From positions 36,448-100,447 of IMG/VR virus record IMGVR_UViG_3300005976_000005: DNA of 64,000 bases. One strand, 5' to 3'. The position numbers and the translations under genes are program-made. Under the pieces are notes generated by a model. That model was not told the DNA's origin and ran no database searches. It worked only from the letters and a program-made list of their open reading frames with translations. Positions 1-8,361 of this stretch are shown here, one piece after another; the first letter of the stretch is position 1, and every line of letters starts with the position of its first letter. Source of the DNA: a virus.

Positions 1-259
1 ATTCACAACCGGCAGAAGAAGGATTTTTAATATTTGTAGATTCTTTAACTGGTTCACTTTCACGAATGACTGGTCGGAAAGCATCTCTTAGTCTTGATAC
101 TGATTCACTGAGGTGACACAGAGACTTCTCAATCGTATCAATATGAGATACAAACTTTCTTTCAGTATCAATTCTTGCTTTGTCTTTCATTGGTTCATTT
201 ATACATCTTCATGATATGTGTTCAATCTCATTCATAAACCTCCTTTTCAATTCAATAAT

Positions 260-288
260 AATATAACATATTCAAGATTGATTGTCAA
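260..288 (-). promoter_or_regulatory. sigma70-type early promoter
   Basis: Minus strand TTGACA (288-283), 17 nt spacer, TATATT (265-260). Confidence 0.7.
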
Positions 289-295
289 TATCTTA

Positions 296-589
296 TTATG
301 GAAACTTTGCTCCATCTGGAATGGAGACTTTTTCATGTTTGTCTATTTTGAAGTAAGCAATATCACCGAGTTTCTCATGAGTCCTGTAGAGAAGAGCACC
401 TTTATCAGATTCCATTATAGCCCTAAACATTTCAACCTCATCTTTACTTAACTCTAAGTGAAAAACTTCTCTGTAGTTCTCGTCAACTATTTTTGCTGAG
501 AAGCTTTCATGTCTTATCAGATTGGATGAAGCACTTGACTCATATAAGTTGATATGAGGACCTGTTATAAAGTATTTAAAATTAGTCAA
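296..589 (-). CDS. hypothetical protein
   Basis: 97 aa ORF in a tightly overlapped minus-strand run. Confidence 0.7.
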   Translation of the reverse strand: MTNFKYFITGPHINLYESSASSNLIRHESFSAKIVDENYREVFHLELSKDEVEMFRAIMESDKGALLYRTHEKLGDIAYFKIDKHEKVSIPDGAKFP

Positions 590-884
590 TTATGACACCT
601 CTATTTTTAGCTAACTCTATATTGGCTTCTTCCTGTTCTTTTATCTTCTCAATCTTTCTTTCAAAGTCAATTTTATTTGGCTCAACTCCCTTCTTACAAT
701 CATTACATGTTGTTTGATTCGTTGACATATCAACACTAATATTAAATCCCTTACATTCTGGGCACTGCCTTACTTTAGTAAAGTCCGGTTCTTCATCAAC
801 CATTGGTGTTGGTATATTGTGACTAAGTGACCTTCCTTTACCTTCCTTGTATCTCTTATACTCTTCGTCAAGAAAATTTCTCAT
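582..884 (-). CDS. hypothetical zinc-ribbon protein
   Basis: CPECKG...CNDC motif. Confidence 0.7.
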   Translation of the reverse strand: MRNFLDEEYKRYKEGKGRSLSHNIPTPMVDEEPDFTKVRQCPECKGFNISVDMSTNQTTCNDCKKGVEPNKIDFERKIEKIKEQEEANIELAKNRGVIID

Positions 885-885
885 A

Positions 886-1122
886 CTAACCTTCCTTTTT
901 GAAAACTTCTATACCGCAGATATCATCTCCTTGCCAGTCAAACTCAAATCTAAACAAATCCTTTATCTGAGTTTTTGTTGCGTCACTTCTAGCTTTATTT
1001 ATCACACTTATGGTTAGTGTTTCCCTTCCTGGCTTGACACTTTTTATTGCCTTGGAAAATATTGGAAAGAAGTTTGACTCAGTTGTTACAATACATCTTT
1101 TCCAACCATTTAATTCTTCCAT
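886..1122 (-). CDS. hypothetical protein
   Basis: 78 aa ORF, operon context. Confidence 0.65.
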   Translation of the reverse strand: MEELNGWKRCIVTTESNFFPIFSKAIKSVKPGRETLTISVINKARSDATKTQIKDLFRFEFDWQGDDICGIEVFKKEG

Positions 1123-1583
1123 CTTTTGTTCCTCTTCAATATTGACTGAATGTTATCAATTATACTGATTCTAGTTTCCAATCCAGAAGAAACCATTCCA
1201 CCTATCATATCGTTATTCAAGTCTATTGGGTGTTTCATTTCTATACGATAGTTTTCACAACCAGAGTATTCTATCAATCCTTGTATAAATGAATTCCATT
1301 TACCTAATGAATACCTTTTCCATATTACTTTATATCCAATAGTTCTTTTGATGATGTCGGATATATTATCATTATTGATGTTCAGTATAGACTTCTTGTT
1401 GTTGTTTACAATACTCTTTATAAGCTTAGTTTCTTCGTTTGTTTTGAATGACTCATACACGACTGAGTCATCAATATCAAAATTTTCTGATATAATAGTG
1501 AAAGGAATATCATTATCAGCAAGAGCAAGAAAGCTCAATGGACTTTTACCGAATTGAATTTGGTAGATTGTAAATGACTTCAC
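1110..1583 (-). CDS. hypothetical protein
   Basis: 157 aa ORF, GGAG before GTG start. Confidence 0.65.
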   Translation of the reverse strand: MKSFTIYQIQFGKSPLSFLALADNDIPFTIISENFDIDDSVVYESFKTNEETKLIKSIVNNNKKSILNINNDNISDIIKRTIGYKVIWKRYSLGKWNSFIQGLIEYSGCENYRIEMKHPIDLNNDMIGGMVSSGLETRISIIDNIQSILKRNKRWKN

Positions 1584-1646
1584 ACTATCTTCTCCGGCAT
1601 TATCTCATCACGCTTTGAAAAGTATTTTGAAAGAATCCATGCGAAC

Positions 1647-2339
1647 TTAGCAATCTCCGGGTCTGGATGTTTTATTAGAATGGGCAATCTCTGGAAGCCT
1701 CACAAATTTTTCAATGTTGTAGTCATAAGTAATTCCCCACTTATCTCTCATATGATCCTTTACGTGAATAGGAAATCCCTGGTATATGATATAGCATCTC
1801 TGCTCAGAACAGGCAACAGGAGATTTGAAAAATCTTTTACAAAAAGACCAGTGCTTCTTGGATATCATCTTCAGCAAGAAAGGATTAGTAATATACAACG
1901 TCATTACTTCTGCTAGTTCATCAAACAAAGTCTCGTTACAATATTCGTTTAGGTAAATTCTTTCAGTGGGAAACTCTTTTCCGTATTCTGGAATTATGTT
2001 TTCGTAAACTTGATACTGAAGAAGGTGACAGAATTCGTGAATGGTGACCCCAAACAAAGTTGAGTCCGCGCAGTATCCGGGGCAGAATGGTTCTGACTTT
2101 GTATTACTAAGTATGTCTTCCTCCGTGCTACAGTTCAATGGATTCACAAATATCCTATGCGATTGACCTTTGTGGTTGGGCAAATACAAACCACTTTCCT
2201 CACAGTCATAAGCATATGATATTGACAAATCCATACTCAAATTGTTTACCCTAAGCAACTTAGTTATCATTTGAATAGCTGCGTTGGTGTCGCTCAAAGG
2301 TGAATCAATCTCAACAACTATCGAAATATCATTTTTCAT
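1647..2339 (-). CDS. zincin-like metallopeptidase
   Basis: HEFCH (HExxH) plus downstream ELAE. Confidence 0.6.
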   Translation of the reverse strand: MKNDISIVVEIDSPLSDTNAAIQMITKLLRVNNLSMDLSISYAYDCEESGLYLPNHKGQSHRIFVNPLNCSTEEDILSNTKSEPFCPGYCADSTLFGVTIHEFCHLLQYQVYENIIPEYGKEFPTERIYLNEYCNETLFDELAEVMTLYITNPFLLKMISKKHWSFCKRFFKSPVACSEQRCYIIYQGFPIHVKDHMRDKWGITYDYNIEKFVRLPEIAHSNKTSRPGDC

Positions 2340-2367
2340 TTAGTCCTCCACGCAAACTTAAAATAAT

Positions 2368-2763
2368 TTATTTTACATAATAATCGGCTAAAAGTTTCCC
2401 AAGAACTTTGAAAAAATGTTGAAGTGTACATCTAGGGCAAACATTTATGTTACAAGGGTTTTCATCTGAGCACTTTTCAGTTGACCAAGGTATACTCGCA
2501 ACCATTGTTGTAGAGTCATTTCCCTCTAAGTTTATTTCTCTTGGAGGAGGAACCTTATGTTTCGGAGCTACCTTCTGTAAAATTGTAGGCATGTTCTGAT
2601 GTACAAACCTAAACGATCCAAAGTCCTGTTGTTCTTTCAGTTCAGAAATCTGGCTGGAAATACTTTCTATTTGTTGCTTTGTTTTACTGACATTTACTTC
2701 TTGCTCTTCCAGTTCCTCAAGAAGCTTAACCTGTCTGTCAATCAATTCCTGAATGTTGTACAT
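2368..2763 (-). CDS. hypothetical coiled-coil protein
   Basis: 131 aa ORF with heptad-rich N-terminus. Confidence 0.7.
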   Translation of the reverse strand: MYNIQELIDRQVKLLEELEEQEVNVSKTKQQIESISSQISELKEQQDFGSFRFVHQNMPTILQKVAPKHKVPPPREINLEGNDSTTMVASIPWSTEKCSDENPCNINVCPRCTLQHFFKVLGKLLADYYVK

Positions 2764-3430
2764 TATATAAACTCCTTTTCAAAAACGTATCAGCATTGTC
2801 TTCGCCATTGTTGAGATTCTTTTTTCCAATCTCACAAATCTTTTTGACTCCAATCTGATAGTTGTCTATGATGACTTCGTACTGACCTTTGTAAACCGCG
2901 AGAAAAGCATCTATTGCTTCTTTTGGATGATGGAAAGTAAGTCCTTTGTATTCGCTAAACTCCTTGTGCATCATGTAGAACCAAGGGTCTCCTATTTCCA
3001 TAAGGTAATCATCGAATAAGAGAATGCCACCTTTCTTTAAAATTCTCCAAGAAAGTACAGCATCCTCAAGAACACCATTAGCATTGTGGTCACCATCTAT
3101 GTATATAAAGTCAAACACATGTCCTTTGAAACCTGTCAAGGCATCAAATGAATATTTCTCCAACCAGCTAAGTCTTCCTGAATCGAACCATCTGTCAAGA
3201 TTGTGGTGAAAGTTTGGTCCTGGGTCTGGATCAACAATCACAGCATTTGAGTTGTGTACAACATCAAGAATCTTGGTTATTGTTCTTCCCTCAAATGTTC
3301 CTATTTCAAGAACTTCTACTGTACTATCTTTTGTACCTAAACTACTAAGTGATAATTGTAGGCAAACTTCTCTAAAATTTTTATAGTGGTCTTCGTTCCA
3401 GAAATCAATCGTGAACTTATAATCACTCAT
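2738..3430 (-). CDS. class I SAM-dependent methyltransferase (Methyltransf_24-like)
   Basis: VLEIGTFEGR, FDFIYIDGDH, GGILLFDDY motifs; start refined to MSDYK. Confidence 0.85.
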   Translation of the reverse strand: MSDYKFTIDFWNEDHYKNFREVCLQLSLSSLGTKDSTVEVLEIGTFEGRTITKILDVVHNSNAVIVDPDPGPNFHHNLDRWFDSGRLSWLEKYSFDALTGFKGHVFDFIYIDGDHNANGVLEDAVLSWRILKKGGILLFDDYLMEIGDPWFYMMHKEFSEYKGLTFHHPKEAIDAFLAVYKGQYEVIIDNYQIGVKKICEIGKKNLNNGEDNADTFLKRSLYNVQHSGID

Positions 3431-3644
3431 CTTCTTCCCTCTCAAATTGTTCAACCATTGAGTCAACAAGTTTTGTTACTTTACATTTGTATTCATTTTG
3501 AATTTTTTTGAACTTCTTGTTAGCTCTACATTGATTGAGAAAAGATGCGGAACCTTTTCTATCACAAATTCTACAGCTACAGAAAAATCTCTTGCTATCC
3601 CAGTTGAAGCAACATTCGTTCTCACATGAAAAATTATCACTCAT
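3423..3644 (-). CDS. hypothetical Cys-rich protein
   Basis: 73 aa ORF with GGAG SD. Confidence 0.6.
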   Translation of the reverse strand: MSDNFSCENECCFNWDSKRFFCSCRICDRKGSASFLNQCRANKKFKKIQNEYKCKVTKLVDSMVEQFEREEDE

Positions 3645-3806
3645 GGAATTCTCCTTGATATGCCAAGTAATTGTTTCCTTCTCACATATTCAGTATTATC
3701 TGGATTAGTATTTTTTGTATATACCTGGTAACAATTTTCGATACTCTCTGACAAAATTGATAAAATTATTACCAAAGTTCATCGGCAATTGTTATAGCGA
3801 CTCCAA

Positions 3807-4154
3807 TCATTTTCCAACCTGCTTTCTGTTTATTCGTTCAACAATTTCATCAACAAACCACTCGTTATTGATTTTGGAATCGACAACTCCTTTGACCTTA
3901 CTATTGATTTTGGAATCAACAGCACAAATCAAAGCATCTTTTATAATCCTCTTGTCGAATGTTTCACGAAAGTAATTCGAATACTCTCCAGAAAGCGAAG
4001 CACTATCACTGAATGCTGATGTGATAGCATCTGCTGTCATACCGGAAACTATTTCCTTTACTTGAGACTTCATATCTTTTTTTATTTCATAAACAGCATT
4101 TTGAAGTTCTTCTCGTATCTCTTTCTTGATTTCTTCCTTCATCTTCTTGAACAT
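3807..4154 (-). CDS. hypothetical protein
   Basis: 115 aa helical ORF. Confidence 0.65.
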   Translation of the reverse strand: MFKKMKEEIKKEIREELQNAVYEIKKDMKSQVKEIVSGMTADAITSAFSDSASLSGEYSNYFRETFDKRIIKDALICAVDSKINSKVKGVVDSKINNEWFVDEIVERINRKQVGK

Positions 4155-4158
4155 GTTT

Positions 4159-4758
4159 TCAATCCTTATTCAGGTTAAAGTAATCATCAAAATTATTCAT
4201 ATGAGCATGAGTCCAGTAAGCACCAGAGTATTCATTATCATCAATCCAAAACATGACGCAATAGCAATCTGGTTTTGGTCTGAAAGTAACATCCATCGAA
4301 TCACAGTACCCAATGACTGGAAACTTATATGGAAAAGGATAATGATTATTTTTAAAAATATAAATGTCGTTGGGCATTCCATTATGTATAAATGAATTTT
4401 TAATTGTGAAATCATCCGGACTCATTATTTTTGGAGGTTGTTTATTTTCTTCATTTATCTTTTTATTTCTACCTTTCTCATAAGCATCTGTTTTTGATAG
4501 ATAAAACCATTCAGGAGCATCATCCATTTCACTAAAATTTAGTTCGTTTTGTGTAAAGACTAGTTTTGAAACGGGAATAGAAAACCCAACTTCATAAAAC
4601 CGAGGACCGGTGATTCCTGCGAATTTTCTACCGTTTTCAATTTTTATAACGAACTTTTCTTCCATTTTCCATATATTAATCTGATCCTTATAGCAAACAA
4701 TCTCATTAATCCAAACAAACTTTGTATTTGGTAGAAAATTGAATTTGAACTTTTTCAC
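4159..4758 (-). CDS. hypothetical protein
   Basis: 199 aa ORF in operon. Confidence 0.65.
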   Translation of the reverse strand: MKKFKFNFLPNTKFVWINEIVCYKDQINIWKMEEKFVIKIENGRKFAGITGPRFYEVGFSIPVSKLVFTQNELNFSEMDDAPEWFYLSKTDAYEKGRNKKINEENKQPPKIMSPDDFTIKNSFIHNGMPNDIYIFKNNHYPFPYKFPVIGYCDSMDVTFRPKPDCYCVMFWIDDNEYSGAYWTHAHMNNFDDYFNLNKD

Positions 4759-4760
4759 TA

Positions 4761-5258
4761 TTAGTCCTCCTTATAAGCTCTGAAAACGCAACTCAGATAC
4801 TTTCTTGAAACCTGAAATATTTTTGAAGACTGTATTTTTGTTTTTCCACAATTCCCAGCAACATTCAATACTTCTATTTTGTTTTTGTCAATCCATTCGA
4901 CTACATCAAACAAAAAAGGTAAATCATTCAAATCACAATCAAAAGATGGCTTATTATAAAAATTGATAGCCTTCTTAGTACAAATAGTCCCTGGTGAATT
5001 GAAGTCGTATGCCAGTATTATTGTTGCTTGTGTATCCCTGACATTAGCATAAGTTCTTGGTTGATACCTACTAGAATCATGCTCAATCAATCCTAGCTTA
5101 CAAAGTTCAGGTCTAGGACCATATCTTGTTTTCCAACCCTTAGGAGCCCATCCACCAGTTTTGATACCCATATCCCTGGCTGCGGCAAGGCCAGCAATAT
5201 CGGCACCGTACTGGCCTCCACTATGGACTTCGATAAGTTTGTGTTGTTTGTAATTCAT
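4761..5258 (-). CDS. SLOG-superfamily protein (putative molybdenum-carrier-like family)
   Basis: SGGQYGADIAGL, GGWAPKG, RTYANV, LNVAGN motifs. Confidence 0.75.
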   Translation of the reverse strand: MNYKQHKLIEVHSGGQYGADIAGLAAARDMGIKTGGWAPKGWKTRYGPRPELCKLGLIEHDSSRYQPRTYANVRDTQATIILAYDFNSPGTICTKKAINFYNKPSFDCDLNDLPFLFDVVEWIDKNKIEVLNVAGNCGKTKIQSSKIFQVSRKYLSCVFRAYKED

Positions 5259-5313
5259 ATTTTTTTACCCACTAAGTTTGTGTTGTTTGTAATTCATATT
5301 TTTTTACCCACTA
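5234..5313. repeat. 39-bp tandem duplication covering the start codon of the SLOG gene
   Basis: taagtttgtgttgtttgtaattcatatttttttacccac at 5234-5272 and 5273-5311. Confidence 0.95.
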
Positions 5314-5330
5314 TTTTTACCCACAACAAT

Positions 5331-5370
5331 AATATAATGTATTCCGGGATGTTTGTCAATAGTTTTCTTC
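5331..5370 (-). promoter_or_regulatory. sigma70-type early promoter with GAAGAAAACTA upstream element
   Basis: TTGACA 5359-5354, 17 nt, TATATT 5336-5331; overlaps terminal CRISPR repeat. Confidence 0.75.
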
Positions 5371-6784
5371 TCTCGCACCAAAGTGCGAATAGCAACCCAA
5401 GTATAGGATTTTACCAACCAAAGAACAAGACTTTCAACTCGCACGTATGTGCGAATAGCAACCCCTTGAAGGACTCCTTAACAATGGTGGTGGTGGGCGT
5501 CTTTCAACTCGCACGTATGTGCGAATAGCAACTGGTATTATACAGGTACTTGAGGACAAACCAAACCTTTCAACTCGCACGTATGTGCGAATAGCAACAT
5601 CCATAATATATCCCCGGTCACAGTCCAGAAATTCTTTCAACTCGCACGTATGTGCGAATAGCAACGAGGGATGCTCCTTAACAATGGTGGTGGGCGTCTT
5701 TCAACTCGCACGTATGTGCGAATAGCAACCAATATAACGGTAGCAATGCCAACGCATGAGCTCTTTCAACTCGCACGTATGTGCGAATAGCAACTACAAA
5801 AGCAAGAATGTTTTTGTAGTGGAGATAGCTTTCAACTCGCACGTATGTGCGAATAGCAACGAAAAAGTACCCGAACTAATATATAATATTAGACCTTTCA
5901 ACTCGCACGTATGTGCGAATAGCAACGAGACAATACGGTCCATTCTGGATATGGCGGACACTTTCAACTCGCACGTATGTGCGAATAGCAACGTCTGCTA
6001 AATCCTGTCCTCTCAGAAGTGGACTTACTTTCAACTCGCACGTATGTGCGAATAGCAACGTCCAGAGTATACGAAGATGATTGAGCACCTGCGCTTTCAA
6101 CTCGCACGTATGTGCGAATAGCAACCTGACTAAAAGGCATTTTTTTCCTGCTTTTAGACTTTCAACTCGCACGTATGTGCGAATAGCAACACCGTTACAA
6201 CCGTTACAAATTAGATACTCCTCGCTTTCAACTCGCACGTATGTGCGAATAGCAACGCTGAAGAAAACGAAGTCATAAAGCGAGACATAACTTTCAACTC
6301 GCACGTATGTGCGAATAGCAACTATCGTATTCAAAAATCGTTTATCTAGTCTATCCTCTTTCAACTCGCACGTATGTGCGAATAGCAACTATACTTCCCT
6401 AGCGAAATGAAGTCAGGATACCTTTCAACTCGCACGTATGTGCGAATAGCAACATTTTGGACTGGAGACTTGGAAAAGGACTGTAACTTTCAACTCGCAC
6501 GTATGTGCGAATAGCAACTCAAGGAGAAGGGTTTTCTCTCAGAAGAAGATTGTCTTTCAACTCGCACGTATGTGCGAATAGCAACCCCTTTCAAACTCAC
6601 TAAGTGCCCCGAAAATGTGCTTTCAACTCGCACGTATGTGCGAATAGCAACATCCAAACAGCCCATAAGTTGTTTAGCGAAGATACTTTCAACTCGCACG
6701 TATGTGCGAATAGCAACACTTTACGAGTCTCACCGGCCAAAAACAAGGGAAACTTTCAACTCGCACGTATGTGCGAATAGCAAC
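5365..6784 (-). CRISPR. CRISPR array, 21 identical 32-bp repeats plus one degenerate terminal repeat, 21 spacers of 32-38 bp
   Basis: Repeat GTTGCTATTCGCACATACGTGCGAGTTGAAAG (minus strand), first perfect copy 5431-5462, last 6753-6784; degenerate copy 5365-5396 sets the orientation, leader on the cas side. Confidence 0.99.
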
Positions 6785-6950
6785 CATTCATTTGTAAGTC
6801 CTTGATTTCAAATGTCCCAAAACCAGGTTTCCGGGAACCACCCAAAAATCAGGCTTACAATCACAACAAACAACCATAAGAATTACATAACTCATTGATT
6901 TGAAACAAGCGCGAAACCTCCAGTCTTTTTATGATAGATTGTGGTTCCCG
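6785..6950 (-). promoter_or_regulatory. CRISPR leader with two IHF consensus sites
   Basis: Minus strand AATCAAggacTTA (6807-6795) and AATCAAtgagTTA (6900-6888) match WATCAANNNNTTR. Confidence 0.75.
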
Positions 6951-7469
6951 CTATTCAAATATGTTTATCATTCCATATCCAACAAACTTGAGATTTCCTA
7001 TTCCATTTGTCAATGCTTCTCTGAACTTTTCAGAATCTATAACAGTAAGAAAACCTTTCACCATCACAGTCCAAGCAGGAACCTCCAATCCATTCTTTGA
7101 GTATGTCCTGTACCCATCAAAGGATAATTTGAACTTAGCATCAACACCAGATTCCTTGAGTTTTCTATTCACCCATTCATTTGTTTTGTCATTATCAATC
7201 TTAATTTTCTTTCTTGTCTTTGTATCCCTGTAAACAGGATTCATTCTTATACTGAATATATGTTGCTCGCCTTTCTGAGTAACATCACCAATGTCAATCT
7301 GACGGCAATCATCCAATTCTTTACCAGGAGCAATTTCACTCAATACATATAAAGAATGACTATTCTGTTGCCAAAGAACCTTTTGATCTCCCTCAAATAA
7401 TGACTTCACCTTCTGATGAATCTTGTAGTCATTACTTTCGTTTATTGGGCTTCTTCTCGATATGTACAT
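6951..7469 (-). CDS. cas6e: Cas6e (Cse3)-like crRNA endonuclease
   Basis: MYISR, YKIHQ, FSIRMNP, EWVNRKL, V-KGFLTVIDSEKF, GIGNLKFVGYGM glycine-rich loop. Confidence 0.85.
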   Translation of the reverse strand: MYISRRSPINESNDYKIHQKVKSLFEGDQKVLWQQNSHSLYVLSEIAPGKELDDCRQIDIGDVTQKGEQHIFSIRMNPVYRDTKTRKKIKIDNDKTNEWVNRKLKESGVDAKFKLSFDGYRTYSKNGLEVPAWTVMVKGFLTVIDSEKFREALTNGIGNLKFVGYGMINIFE

Positions 7470-8361
7470 AACATTCTTCTCCCTTCATAAGAGGCAATGT
7501 TTCTTTCTCAATTATGTTTGTCCAATGATGAATACCAACAATCTTGACAAGTCCACCTTCCATAAATGTGGCTGTGCCAGTACCCATAGAAATTCTCTTT
7601 TCAAGTTCATCATCCATTGGTACAACAATAGTGGCATTTATCTTTGATATAGACTCAGGCCATCTACCAACCATTAGTCCATTAAGTTTCTTACAAGCAC
7701 AATGAATACTTATTGAGTCAGCCATATGTGCCTTATTATTTTTCTTAGTTATTATCTCATCGTTCAGGATGGCATTACTTATAGAAGTCTTTCTATTGGA
7801 TTTGAGCAAATCACACAGATTTTTGACTTCCTTAGTCTTCTTCTTTGTATTGAGAAAACTAATAGCATCTTTCATACGCGAAACATCACTAAACTCAAAA
7901 CCAAGATTAGTTAGTGTTTCTTTTATCTTCTCAAAGATTTCATCACCAACTTCTCTTCTTACTCTTTCCCAAGTAAAGAAACCTCTAACAGGATAGTTCA
8001 CTCCATTCAGTCTAATAGATTCCTTTACTGGACTCCAGGCTTGTAATGATGACTTTTGTGATGCCTTCGTTTCTCTTGGGTAAGGAGCCTTCATTTCATT
8101 ATCATCAAAATAAAATGAGTGGACTAATGCTCTTGACTTTTCAGCAAGATCATCAAAGTACTTGTCTCCAGTATATTCAACCTTTCTTAGTGAAGGTACT
8201 GGTCTCTGTCCACATAAGACTCTCAGTAAGTTGGCAACTTGATTCGTTGCCAACCTACCAGGAGGAATTTTGTAGTGGCTGACCTGTTTTTTCATCATAC
8301 CATTCGGTCTATGATATGGAAAAATACCAGCACCCCTAACTTCAAGTATCAAAGCTTTCAT
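7432..8361 (-). CDS. cas5: Cas5-family subunit with large central insertion, Cas5fv (type I-F2)-like
   Basis: N-terminal MKALILEVRG strand, VANLLRVLCGQR helix, C-terminal TATFMEGGLVKI loop; lies between cas7 and cas6. Confidence 0.7.
   Translation of the reverse strand: MKALILEVRGAGIFPYHRPNGMMKKQVSHYKIPPGRLATNQVANLLRVLCGQRPVPSLRKVEYTGDKYFDDLAEKSRALVHSFYFDDNEMKAPYPRETKASQKSSLQAWSPVKESIRLNGVNYPVRGFFTWERVRREVGDEIFEKIKETLTNLGFEFSDVSRMKDAISFLNTKKKTKEVKNLCDLLKSNRKTSISNAILNDEIITKKNNKAHMADSISIHCACKKLNGLMVGRWPESISKINATIVVPMDDELEKRISMGTGTATFMEGGLVKIVGIHHWTNIIEKETLPLMKGEECYVHIEKKPNKRK

Noticed and set aside
5397-6752. Self-targeting spacers
   Set aside because: No protospacer seen in the window by eye. 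This is not exhaustive; an exact and near-match search of the whole genome is needed
5223-6805. ORF-track ORFs across the CRISPR array
   Set aside because: Translations are just the repeat read in different frames (AIRTYVRVE, FNSHVCANS)
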